Part shown: piece after piece, positions 44,830 through 54,700 of the stretch
Layout: each line of letters starts with the position of its first letter
Numbering within the stretch: position 1 is the stretch's first letter
DNA from: Syntrophobacterales bacterium
Lineage (GTDB): Bacteria; Desulfobacterota; Syntrophia; Syntrophales; UBA2192
Length of the DNA: 64,000 bases
Reading direction: 5' to 3'
Assembly (NCBI GenBank): GCA_018053845.1
Contig: JAGPKU010000003.1
Span: 1,091-65,090 of the forward strand
Made by a program: the position numbers and the translations under genes
Notes under the pieces: model-generated
Database searches by the model: none
Told to the model about the DNA's origin: nothing
What the model saw: only the letters and a program-made list of their open reading frames with translations

Positions 44830-46401
44830 ATGAAGGTTGCCACGACGGAAGAGATGCGGGCGATGGACCGCCATGCCATCGAGCGGCTGGGCATCCCCGA
44901 CGAGATCCTCATGGAGAACGCCGGGGTCGCCGCCTATTACGCGCTGGCCGGCGAGACGGACATCCCCGGAGGGCGCTTTGCCGTCCTGTGCGGCGGGGGC
45001 AACAACGGCGGCGACGGCTTCGTCGTGGCCCGGAAGATCCACTCGGGCGGCGGCATCGTCAAGGTCTTCCTCCTGGCCGACAAGAACCGCTACAGGGGGG
45101 CCGCGCGCAAGAACCTGGAGACGCTCCTCAACCTGGCCGTCGATGTCCGGCCCGTGGAGTCCGCCGATGACGTGCGGAGCTACCTCCTGCAGGCCGACGC
45201 CGTCATCGACGCCGTCTTCGGCACGGGCCTCGACCGCGAGGTGCAGGGCCTTCACCGGGAGGTGATCGAAGTCGTCAACGCGCTGGGCAAGCCCGTCTTG
45301 AGCCTCGACATCCCCTCGGGCATCAACGGCGACACGGGTGCCGTGATGGGCACGGCCGTCCGGGCGGCGGCGACGGTGACCTTCGGCCTGCCGAAACGGG
45401 GCAACCTCCTCTACCCGGGCTTCCTCTTCGGCGGGAAGCTCTACGTGACCCACATCTCCTTCCCGCCGGAACTCTACGACTCGGAAGAGATCCGCATGGA
45501 GGTCAACGACCCGCCGCCGCTACCCGGCCGCAGGGCCTGGGGGCACAAGGGGGACTTCGGCGATGTCCTGTTCGTCGCCGGCGCTGCCGGCTACTACGGG
45601 GCCCCGGCGTTTTCGGCCCTGTCCTTCCTCAAGGCGGGCGGGGGCTACTCGCGCCTCGCGGCGCCCGCCTCGGTGATCCCGGGGCTGGCCGCGCAGGCGG
45701 GCGAAATCGTCTTCGTCCCCCAGCGGGAGACCGCGTCGGGAAGCATCGCCCTGCGGAACAAATCGGCCCTGCTCGAGCTGGCGGGGCTCGTAGACCTCGT
45801 CGTCCTGGGGCCGGGACTCTCCCTTGCCGAGGAGACGCAGAAGCTCGTCCGGGAGCTTGCGGCCAAGATCGAAAAACCGATCCTCGTCGACGGCGACGGG
45901 ATCACGGCCGTCGCGAAAAACCCCGGGTTTCTCAAGCGGCGCCGCTACGAGACCGTCCTGACGCCCCACGCGGGCGAAATGTCACGCATCACAGGAAAGA
46001 GCGTCAGCGACATCGAGAAGGACCCCGTCGGCATCCTCCGGGAAACGGCGGCCGCCCTCGATTCCTTCATCGCCCTCAAGGGCGCCCACACCCTCGTCGG
46101 CTGCCCCGACGGTCGGGTGTTCATCAACCTGAGCGGCAACTCGGGGATGGCCACGGCGGGGTCGGGCGACGTGCTGACGGGGGCCATCGGGGCCATGTTC
46201 GGGCTGGGGCTGCCGGTCCCCGAGGCGGTGAGGGCCGGCGTGTTCGTCCACGGCCTGGCGGGAGACCTCGCGGCGGCCGCGAAGGGGGAAGACGGCATCA
46301 CGGCGCGCGACATCATGGAGGGCCTGCCCAAGGCCGTCGCCATGGTCCGGGCCGGCGACCTGGGCGAGATCGCCGGGAAGAAGGGACTGTACCTCATTTA
46401 G
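44830..46401 (+). CDS. nnr: bifunctional NAD(P)H-hydrate repair enzyme (epimerase/ADP-dependent dehydratase)
   Basis: YjeF N-terminal domain (..GGGNNGGDGFVVAR..) fused to a carbohydrate-kinase-like C-terminal domain (..GSGDVLTGAIGA..). Confidence 0.88.
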   Translation: MKVATTEEMRAMDRHAIERLGIPDEILMENAGVAAYYALAGETDIPGGRFAVLCGGGNNGGDGFVVARKIHSGGGIVKVFLLADKNRYRGAARKNLETLLNLAVDVRPVESADDVRSYLLQADAVIDAVFGTGLDREVQGLHREVIEVVNALGKPVLSLDIPSGINGDTGAVMGTAVRAAATVTFGLPKRGNLLYPGFLFGGKLYVTHISFPPELYDSEEIRMEVNDPPPLPGRRAWGHKGDFGDVLFVAGAAGYYGAPAFSALSFLKAGGGYSRLAAPASVIPGLAAQAGEIVFVPQRETASGSIALRNKSALLELAGLVDLVVLGPGLSLAEETQKLVRELAAKIEKPILVDGDGITAVAKNPGFLKRRRYETVLTPHAGEMSRITGKSVSDIEKDPVGILRETAAALDSFIALKGAHTLVGCPDGRVFINLSGNSGMATAGSGDVLTGAIGAMFGLGLPVPEAVRAGVFVHGLAGDLAAAAKGEDGITARDIMEGLPKAVAMVRAGDLGEIAGKKGLYLI

Positions 46402-46526
46402 GGGGCCGGGTCCGAAGGAAGACGGCGAAGGGGACCGATCGGCGTTGCCGCGCGATCGCTCGCACGGCAATCCCCATATCGGTCTGTATGGCCCATCCGG
46501 ATCAGCGAGGAAGCGAATCAGGGGGG

Positions 46527-47046
46527 ATGGATATGAAAAAGCTGAGTTTCCTTGGACTGTGCATCATCCTTTTCGCCTCCGGATGTGCTACGGATATCCC
46601 CCCTGGCCCGAAAGCCGATTTGCAGGTTTTCGCACCGACGGGGATTCAGGAGGGGTTTTCTCTCAAACCGTCAAATCCCTTTCCTGCGGGCGTTGCCGTC
46701 GTGCGGGTTCATGCCCCTGCGTACGGCAACCCTAACCTTCAGCAACGGGGGGCGGTACGGGTCCGGCCGCTATTCGGTGATCACGACGAAGGAAGCGAAC
46801 GAAGAGACCCATTTCGAACGGATGGGCAAGCTTCCGCAGATCGCCGGGCTGGTGAGCATCAACCGGCTGCTGTTGCCGGAGCGGCTTGAAAGCGACCGAG
46901 AAATCAGAACGGCGGCATCTTGGGTCCGTCGCGATTCGGCGGATGAGGCGAGGAGACAAACGGAACAGGGAGCTTTCAGGAAGCTGATCGACGAGTTCAT
47001 CGCGACCTGGCCGACGGTGCTGAGTCGCCATAGAGCCGGCGGGTGA
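46527..47046 (+). pseudogene. lipoprotein gene with apparent frameshift near 46725-46740
   Basis: Frame of ORF 46488..46889 gives MDMKKLSFLGLCIILFASGC (lipobox) up to ..VRVHAPAYGNP, then low-GC3 Arg-rich text. Frame of ORF 46552..47046 becomes high-GC3 and protein-like from ..LTFSNGGRYGSGRYSVITTKE... Removing one C of CCC (46730-46732) joins the frames. Confidence 0.5.
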
Positions 47047-47097
47047 CAGGGCCTGCAATCGACCGGCGGGAACCTATGAACCCCTGACCCCTTCTGC

Positions 47098-48072
47098 CTA
47101 GAGGGTGCGCTCGGCGATGAAGTCGGCCATGGCCAGCAGGGCCGCCTTCGCCTCGCCGTCCTGGAAGGGCGCCAGCCGGGCCTTGCCTTCTGCGATGATG
47201 GTCCTGGCCCGGTCGAGGGCGTACGTGATGCCGTCGTACTTTCCGATGAGGCCGAAGACCGTCCGGATGTCCTCCTCCGTCGCCTGCTTCCTCTCCACGA
47301 TCCCCCGGATGGATTCCTTCTCGCCGGCGGAGCAACGGGCCAGCGTCCGGATGAGCGGCAGGGTGATCTTCCCCTCCTTGATGTCCATGCCGACGGCCTT
47401 CCCGAACTCCTTCTCGGCGGCCACGTAATCGAGAGTGTCGTCGGTGAGCTGGAAGGCGAGTCCCATGGCGTGGCCGAAGGCCCGCAGGGCCTCGACCCGG
47501 TCGGGTGCCGCGCCGGCCGTCAGGGCGCCCACGGCGCAGGCGGCCGCGATGAGGACGGCCGTCTTCTTCTCGATGAGCGTGAAGTAGTCCTCCTCGGTGA
47601 TCCCCACGTCGCCGCACTTGAGGAGCTGAAAGACCTCCCCCTCGGCCATGGTGTTCGTCGTCTCCGAGATGAGCTTGATGATGGCCAAATCCCCGTCGCG
47701 CGTCATCAGGGTGAAGGAGCGCGAGTAGAGGAAATCCCCCACGAGAACGACCGCCGCATTGCCCCAGACGTGGTTGGCCGAGGGCTTGCCCCGGCGCGTG
47801 GCAGCTCCGTCGACGACGTCGTCGTGCAGCAGCGTGGCCGTGTGGATGTACTCGATGACCGCCGACAGGGGATAGCGCCGCTCCCCGCGGTAGCCGCAAA
47901 GGTCCGCCGAGGCCAGGAGCATCAGGGGGCGGAACCGCTTGCCGCCGCTCGTGATGAGGTGGTTGACGACCTGGGGGATGAAGGGGACCTCCGAGTGGAG
48001 GCACTTGCCGAGGTGCTCTTCCACCTGCCTGAGGTCGGGCTCGTAGCGGCGCAGAACGTCGTTCATGTTCAT
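47098..48072 (-). CDS. ispB: polyprenyl (octaprenyl-type) diphosphate synthase
   Basis: First Asp-rich motif LLHDDVVD and second motif LTDDTLDY. Confidence 0.88.
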   Translation of the reverse strand: MNMNDVLRRYEPDLRQVEEHLGKCLHSEVPFIPQVVNHLITSGGKRFRPLMLLASADLCGYRGERRYPLSAVIEYIHTATLLHDDVVDGAATRRGKPSANHVWGNAAVVLVGDFLYSRSFTLMTRDGDLAIIKLISETTNTMAEGEVFQLLKCGDVGITEEDYFTLIEKKTAVLIAAACAVGALTAGAAPDRVEALRAFGHAMGLAFQLTDDTLDYVAAEKEFGKAVGMDIKEGKITLPLIRTLARCSAGEKESIRGIVERKQATEEDIRTVFGLIGKYDGITYALDRARTIIAEGKARLAPFQDGEAKAALLAMADFIAERTL

Positions 48073-48288
48073 GGCTTGCCTTCCGGTCCGCGAGGGGCGT
48101 TTCGAAGCGATGCTGTGCTCTTATCGGAGATGCCGCGAAATGTCAAGCGAGCCCCGCCCGCGTGCCTTTCCCAAAAAGGGCTTTACAGGACGGGGGTTTT
48201 GCATACAATGGGGCCACGGGGGAATCGGTGCGGCCGGGGCCCGTGCGGCGGGTGCCGCCCCTGTCGACGCCCCGCGGGAAGAGAGCCC

Positions 48289-49116
48289 ATGTCCGTCAAG
48301 CGAACCGTTTTCTTCATATCCGACCGGACGGCGATCACGGCCGAAACCTTCGGCCACAGCCTTCTGATCCAGTTCGACGACGTCGATTTCCAGAAGGTCA
48401 CGCTTCCCTTCATCGACACGATGTGGAAGGCGCAGGATGCCCTCGAGCAGATCAACGACGCGAGGGAGCACACGGGCTCGCGCCCGATCGTCTTCAGCAC
48501 GATCGTCAATACCCAGATCCGCAAGCTGATCCTGTCCGGCGAGGCCGCCGTGGTGGACCTTTTCGACGCGTTCATCGGCCCCCTCGAGGAGGAGCTGCGG
48601 GTGCAGCCGAGCCTCGGCGGCAGCTCCCACCACCCCTCGGCAGGCGACGAGCTCGACATCCGGATCAACGCCGTCAACTACGCCCTGACCAACGATGACG
48701 GGATCACCACCAAGAATTACGACAAGGCCGACGTGATCCTCGTCGGCGTCTCGCGCACCGGCAAGACGCCCACCTGCCTCTACCTGGGGCTGCAGTACGG
48801 CATTTTTGCGGCCAACTACCCGCTCACCGAGGAGGACCTGCTGATCGAGTACCGCAAGATCCCCGGTGTTCTCCAGCCTTACCGGGACCGGCTCTACGGC
48901 CTCACGATCAACCCCGAGAGGCTCCAGAAGATCCGCATGGCCCGCCGGCCCACCGGCCGGTACTCGTCGCTCGAACAGTGCCGGAAGGAGGTCTCCCTGG
49001 CCGAGTTCCTCTACGTGTCCAAGAACATCCCCTACCTCAACATCACGGCCATGTCGATCGAGGAGATCGCGGCGACGGTGATGCACAAGAACAAGCTGCA
49101 GCGGCGGATCTTCTGA
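48289..49116 (+). CDS. ppsR: PEP synthase / pyruvate-phosphate dikinase regulatory kinase-phosphorylase (DUF299)
   Basis: Start MSVKRTVFFISDRTAITAE lies inside ORF 47470..49116. P-loop GVSRTGKTP is present. Confidence 0.85.
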   Translation: MSVKRTVFFISDRTAITAETFGHSLLIQFDDVDFQKVTLPFIDTMWKAQDALEQINDAREHTGSRPIVFSTIVNTQIRKLILSGEAAVVDLFDAFIGPLEEELRVQPSLGGSSHHPSAGDELDIRINAVNYALTNDDGITTKNYDKADVILVGVSRTGKTPTCLYLGLQYGIFAANYPLTEEDLLIEYRKIPGVLQPYRDRLYGLTINPERLQKIRMARRPTGRYSSLEQCRKEVSLAEFLYVSKNIPYLNITAMSIEEIAATVMHKNKLQRRIF

Positions 49117-49152
49117 GGGGCTGCTTCCCGGGAGCGCTCTATTGCGAGGCGA

Positions 49153-49260
49153 AAGGTAGGAGGGTAAGAGGGTGAGAGGGTAGAAAGGGCTGGAGAGGCC
49201 GGTGGACTGTTTCCGGTCTCCGCTTCTCCAACCTTCTTACCTTCACACCTTCTCAACTTC
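49153..49260. repeat. 8-nt-periodic inverted array between convergent ppsR and rmuC
   Basis: Left arm AAGGTAGG AGGGTAAG AGGGTGAG AGGGTAGA AAGGGCTG (49153-49192). Right arm TCTCCGCT TCTCCAAC CTTCTTAC CTTCACAC CTTCTCAA CTTC (49217-49260). The rmuC stop (49243-49245) lies in the right arm. Confidence 0.9.
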
Positions 49261-50688
49261 TTTTTGGTTCGTCTCCACCCCTGCGATCGTCTCGCGGGCC
49301 GTCACCCGGATCTCGTCCATCGCCTCGGGCAGTTCCCGGCTCGTCGAGACGCCCAGTTCCCGGAAGCGCCGGAAGGAGGGCATGAGCCGCGTCTCGATGG
49401 ACCGGACGGCGTCGTTGTGCGCCTCGACCGCCCGGGTGAGGTTCGCCCCGGCCCTCGCGATGTGGTCGGCGACGACGGAGAAGCGCTCGTAGATCTCCCG
49501 GCCCAGGCGGTTGATCTCCCGGGCGCCCGTCGCCACCTGCTCCTGCTGCCAGCCGTAGGCCACGGCCTTGAGCAGCGCGATGAGCGTCGTGGGGGTGGCG
49601 AGGATGACCTTGCGGAGGCTGCCGTCCTCGATGAGGCCCGGGTCGTTCTCGATGGCGGCGCTGAAAAAGGTTTCGCCGGGCAGGTACATGACGACCAGCT
49701 CCGGCGACTCCTCGAACTGGTCCCAGTAGGCCTTGGAGCCCAGGGCGTTCATGTGGGCGCGCACGGCGGCGACGTACCCTGAGAAGGCCCTCTTGCGCTC
49801 CTCCTCGCCGGAGGCCTGCAGGGCATTGAGGAATGCGTCCACGGGGGCCTTGGCATCGATGACGATCGCGCGGCCGTTGGGCAGGCGGACGACCATGTCG
49901 GGGCGGAGCTTCCCCGATTCGGTCTCCACGGTGACCTGCTCGTAGAAGTCGCACCAGGGGGCCATGCCCGCGAGCTCCGCCGCGCGCCGCAGCGACATCT
50001 GGCCCCAGGAGCCGCTCACCTGGGGCTTCCGAAGGGCCGTGGCGAGGCCGGCGGTCTCCCGCTGCAGGGCCTCCTGCATGGCCCCGAGGGACTGGATCTG
50101 CCGGGAAAGGTTGCCGGCCTGCTCGGCCCGGACCCTCTCCATCTCGCGAAGCTGTTCCTCGTAGCGCTTCAGGGTCTCCTGCAGCGGCCGGATCGTCCCC
50201 TCGAGCCCCGCCTGGTGCTCGCCCAGCTTGCCCTTCGTCTGCTCCAGGATCCGGCCGAGGTTCTCCTCGGCCAGTTCCAGGAAGCTGCGGTTGCTGCTCT
50301 CGAGGGCGGCCGACGCCTGGGCCCGGAAGGTGTCGGTCATCTCCGTCTTCATCCGCTCGATGATTTCCCGCTGCCGCTCGATGCTGCGGGCGGACTCCTC
50401 CAGCCGCGCCTGGGCCTCCGCGGCCTGGACGCGCTCGTCGCCGAGGGCCTTGCGCAGCCCCGCGATCTCGCCTTCCGACTGGTCGAGCTGACGCGTCAGC
50501 TGCTGCATCTGCCCTTCGGCGTAGCGGGCGCGGCCCTCCGCCTCCGAGAGCCGGGCGCCGAGGGCCTGCCGGAGCTCGTCGGTCTGCCGCTGGAATTCCT
50601 TCCGGTCGACGAGCCGCGCCAAAATCCACAGGAGCACGCCGCCCGCCGCAAACCCCGCCAAAAAGACGATGACGATCTCGATGGACAT
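49243..50688 (-). CDS. rmuC: DNA recombination protein RmuC
   Basis: N-terminal TM segment, a long coiled-coil, and a C-terminal RmuC nuclease-like domain (..VVRLPNGRAIVIDAKAP..). Confidence 0.88.
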   Translation of the reverse strand: MSIEIVIVFLAGFAAGGVLLWILARLVDRKEFQRQTDELRQALGARLSEAEGRARYAEGQMQQLTRQLDQSEGEIAGLRKALGDERVQAAEAQARLEESARSIERQREIIERMKTEMTDTFRAQASAALESSNRSFLELAEENLGRILEQTKGKLGEHQAGLEGTIRPLQETLKRYEEQLREMERVRAEQAGNLSRQIQSLGAMQEALQRETAGLATALRKPQVSGSWGQMSLRRAAELAGMAPWCDFYEQVTVETESGKLRPDMVVRLPNGRAIVIDAKAPVDAFLNALQASGEEERKRAFSGYVAAVRAHMNALGSKAYWDQFEESPELVVMYLPGETFFSAAIENDPGLIEDGSLRKVILATPTTLIALLKAVAYGWQQEQVATGAREINRLGREIYERFSVVADHIARAGANLTRAVEAHNDAVRSIETRLMPSFRRFRELGVSTSRELPEAMDEIRVTARETIAGVETNQKEVEKV

Positions 50689-50704
50689 GAGGCCTCCGGG
50701 AAAT

Positions 50705-50790
50705 GGCTTAAGGCAAAGGGCTTACGGCGTATGGCAAAGGAATAAGAATTTCTTTCTGTGCCCTAAGCCTTACGCCCTGTGCCGTTTGCC
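50705..50790. repeat. 7-nt-periodic inverted array: (GGCNNNN)5, a 15-nt loop, then (NNNNGCC)5
   Basis: Left arm GGCTTAA GGCAAAG GGCTTAC GGCGTAT GGCAAAG (50705-50739). Right arm CTGTGCC CTAAGCC TTACGCC CTGTGCC GTTTGCC (50756-50790). It lies 17 nt upstream of the rmuC start codon. Confidence 0.9.
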
Positions 50791-51129
50791 ATTCTTCATA
50801 CCATCATCCCCTCGACATGGCAAAGGATTCGACGGGCGGGGCCGCGCCCGGGGCGGGCACCGGCCTGTCCGGAAAACCGGCAGGCGGCGTGGGCGGCGCG
50901 GGCACCCGGGGTCCGCCGTCGCGACCCCGTCCTGCAGCGTCGGGATCCCCCGGGGGCGGCCCTGCGGGCGGCTGTCCCCCGAAACGCCCTGCTGGCGATG
51001 ATTTTATCGGAGAGGGCCGGAAAATGTCTCCCGGGGCCGGTTTGGGGCCGCCTGGGGCCCGAAAGGGGCATGTATCTTGCATTTCGACGGGACGACGTTT
51101 TGAAGACGCATCGGGTAAAAAACGGGCAC

Positions 51130-51151
51130 CGCCGAAAAAATTTTTTCGGCG
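51130..51151. other. perfect 22-bp palindrome CGCCGAAAAAATTTTTTCGGCG
   Basis: Read directly from the sequence, in the 636-bp rmuC-hup gap. It could be a bidirectional hairpin or a protein site. Confidence 0.6.
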
Positions 51152-51324
51152 ATGTGAAAAAAGCTAGACTAGGAGCCGTCCCTGGGCTATACTGCCCCCG
51201 GTTTTGAACCCGGTGGCTGATTTCCTTTCGAAAGGGGGATGGTCATCAAAACAGCGAACGAAGGGAACAAGCGCGAGGGATTCAAAACAACCTCAATCAA
51301 TTTAATCAAGGAGGAGAGCTTTAC

Positions 51325-51594
51325 ATGAACAAGGGACAACTCGTTGAAGTGGTAGCCAAGGCACTTGGCTCCAAGAGCGCGGCGGAGAAGGCCATCAATG
51401 CAACCCTGAAGGCGGTCTCGGATGCCCTGAAGAAGGGCGACAAGGTCACGCTGGTCGGCTTCGGGACCTTCTCGGTCTCCAAGCGCGCCGCCCGCACCGG
51501 CCGCAACCCCCAGACGGGCAAGGAAATCAAGATCAAGGCGAAGAAGGTACCCAAGTTCACCGCCGGCAAGGCTCTCAAGGACATCATCCGGTAG
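51325..51594 (+). CDS. hup: nucleoid protein HU
   Basis: MNKGQLVE.. and ..[26 protein letters not shown].. are the HU/IHF signature arm. SD GGAGGA. Confidence 0.92.
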   Translation: MNKGQLVEVVAKALGSKSAAEKAINATLKAVSDALKKGDKVTLVGFGTFSVSKRAARTGRNPQTGKEIKIKAKKVPKFTAGKALKDIIR

Positions 51595-51610
51595 AAACAG
51601 TTGCCCTGAC

Positions 51611-51642
51611 CCCCGGTGCTCCCCACACCGGGGGTTTTTTTA
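51611..51642 (+). terminator. rho-independent terminator of hup
   Basis: CCCCCGGTG (51611-51619), a 7-nt loop, CACCGGGGG (51627-51635), then T7. Confidence 0.85.
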
Positions 51643-51711
51643 TGCCTGCCGCCCCCCGCCCCTCCACTTTTCGTTTGAGATTGCCTCGCTGAATCGAGTA
51701 AAACGTGGATC

Positions 51712-54700
51712 ATGCCCGGCCTGAAGCTCTACACCGGCAACCGTCTCGAGGCCCTCGCGGGCAAGCTCGAGGAGACCCTGCGCGTGCCCCCGGCCTCGCC
51801 CCTGGCCCCGGAGATCATCCTGGTCCAGAGCCGCGGCATGGAGCGGTGGCTCACGCTGGAGTTGGCACGTCGCCTGGGGATCTGCGCCAACATACGGTTC
51901 CCGTTCCCCAACCATTTCGTCGAGGATGTCTTCCGCGCCGTTGTCCCCGACCTGCCCGGCTCCCCGGCGTTCGACCCGGAGGTGCTCGCCTGGCGGGTCA
52001 TGGGCCTTCTGCCCCGCTGCCTCGGCGGCGAGGGGTTCGAGCCCCTGCGGGCCTACCTCGCCGACGACGGCCGCGGGCTCAAGCGCTACCAGTTCAGCCG
52101 TATCGTCGCCCGGCTGTTCGACCAGTACCTCGTGTACCGTCCCGAGATGGTCCTCGGATGGGAGTCGGGCCGGGAGCGTCACTGGCAGGCGACCCTCTGG
52201 CGGCTGCTTGCGGCCGCAGGCCCCGGGTTGCACCGGGCCGCGCGCTGGAAGGAGGCCCTCGCCCGCCTGCAGCGGACCGAGCCCGCGAAGGCGCTGCCCG
52301 CGCGGATCTCCGTATTCGGCATCTCGGCCCTGCCGCCCTTCCATCTCCGCACCCTCGAGGCCGTCGCCCGCACCGTCGACGTCCACCTCTTCGTCATGAA
52401 CCCCTGCCGGGAGTACTGGTACCTCATCTACTCCGACCGCGAGATGCGAAGGCTTGCCGACCGGCTCGGGACGGCCCCCGCCGACGAGGCCCTCCACCTG
52501 GAGCGGGGCAACAGCCTGCTCGCCTCGATGGGCGCCCTGGGCCGCGACTTCCTCCGGATGGTCTACGACACGGGATGCGAGGAGACGGACGTCTCGGAGG
52601 AGCCCGGCGGGGGAAGCCTCCTGGCCCTTATCCAGTCCGACATCCTCAACCTGCGCGACCGGGGCGCGGACGGGGAGAAGACGGCCGTTGCAGCGGATGA
52701 CGACTCGATCCGCATCCATTCGTGCCACAGCCCCATGCGGGAGGTCGAGGTCCTCCAGGATCGGATCCTCGAGCGGCTCGACCGCGACCCGTCGCTGACG
52801 CCCGCCGACATCCTCGTCATGACGCCCGAGATCGAGACCTACGCCCCCATCATCGAGGCCGTCTTCTCCCTGCCCCGGGACGACCGGCGACGGATCCCCT
52901 TCAGCGTCGCCGACCGCGGCATCCGCACTCAGAGCGCGGTGGCGGACACCTTCCTGCGGCTCCTCGACCTCGAGGACAGCCGGATGGGCGCCACGGAAGT
53001 CGCCTCCTTCCTCGAGACGGACGCCCTGCGGCGGCGCTTCGCCTTGGGTGCCGACGACCTGGCGCTCGTCCACCGGTGGATCCGCGACGCCGGCATCCGG
53101 TGGGGGGTCGACGGGTCGAGCCGCAGGCGCGAGGGGCTCCCGGGGTTTGCCGAGAACACCTGGCTTGCGGGGATCGACCGCCTGCTGCTCGGCTATGCCC
53201 TGCCGGCCAGGGGCGACGAGCTCTTCATGGGCATCCTCCCCCACGAGGGAGTGGCCGAGGGCGAGGCGGCGGCCCTGGGCTCGTTCCTGGCGTACCTGGA
53301 GCGGCTCTTCGCCTTCGCCGAGTCCCTGCGAGAGCCCCGGGACCTCGCCGGCTGGGCCGCTCACCTGGGCGCCGCCCTCGACGGGTTCTTCCTCCCCGAG
53401 GGCGACGAGGAGGACGAGGTGCAGACCCTCCGCCGGGCACTGGCCGGGTTGACGCTGCGTCAGGGGCAGTCCGGGTTCGACGGGAAGATCTGCGCCGGGG
53501 TCCTCAAGGCGCACCTCGAGGAGGCGCTCCGGGAGCCCGGGTTCGCCTCGGGCTTCATCACGGGCGGCGTCACGTTCTGTGCCATGCTGCCCATGCGGAG
53601 CATCCCCTTCCGGGTGGTCTGCCTCATCGGGCTCGACGACGCGGCCTACCCGCGGCAGACCGCGACGCCGGGCTTCGACCTGATGAAGGAACACCCGAGG
53701 CCGGGCGACCGCTCCCGCCGACTCGACGACCGCTACCTGTTCCTCGAGGCGCTCCTGTCGGCCCGGGAGAGCCTCTACATCAGCTACACCGGGCAGAGCA
53801 TCCAGGACAACAGCGCACGGCCTCCGTCGGTCGTCGTGAGCGAGCTGCTGGACTATATCGACCAGGGCTTCGAGATCCCGGGCACGGCCGACATCCGGGA
53901 CGCCATCGTCGTGCGGCACCGCCTGCAGGCCTTCAGCCCCGAGTATTTCCGGGGGCAGGGGCTCTTCAGCTACTCCGCCGAGAACGCCGCCGCGGCGGCC
54001 GCGGCGGCCGCCGGCCCGGGGCTGAAGCGACCCTTCATCGCCTCCCCCCTTCCCGAGCCGCCCCCCGAGTGGAAGACCGTCGATGTCCATGCCCTCGCCC
54101 GGTTCTTCGCCAACCCCGCCCGCACCCTGCTCGCCCGCAGGCTCGGGCTTCGCCTCGACGGGGCGGGGGCGCCGCTGGCCGACGTGGAGCCCATGAGCAT
54201 CGAGGGGCTCGAGCGATACGAGCTGGGCGGACGGCTTGCGGCCCGCTGCATCGAGGGGCTCGAGGCGGGGCCGCTGCTGCCCGTCGCGAAGGCGCTGGGG
54301 ACCCTTCCGCCGGGCACGCCGGGGGAGTGCTGGTTTTACGAGCTCTGCGAGGGCGCCCGGGCCTTTGCGGCCCGCCTGAGGCCGCACCTGCAGGGCGAGC
54401 CCCTAGGCGCGGTCGACCTGGATCGGACGCTAGGGTCCTTCCGGCTCACGGGCAGGCTTCCGCTCGGCCTGCCGGCGGGACTTGTCCACTACCGGTATGC
54501 CGACGTCAGGGCAAAGGACCTGCTGCGCGGCTGGATTCACCACCTTGCCCTCGGCGCCGGGGCGGGCGACCGCTACCCGGGGCGCTGCGTCGTCTTGGGC
54601 CGGGACGGGGGCTGGCTCCTGGGGCCCGTCACGGACGGGGAGCGCCTGCTGCTGGAATTGCTGGAGATCTATTGGAGGGGCCTGGCGGTGCCCCTGCCGT

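Noticed and set aside
50817-51167. 116-aa ORF (and overlapping minus-strand ORFs of 91-92 aa) in the rmuC-hup gap
   Set aside because: The sequence is Gly/Pro/Ala/Arg low-complexity in every frame, with no SD and no recognisable domain. I treated it as non-coding.
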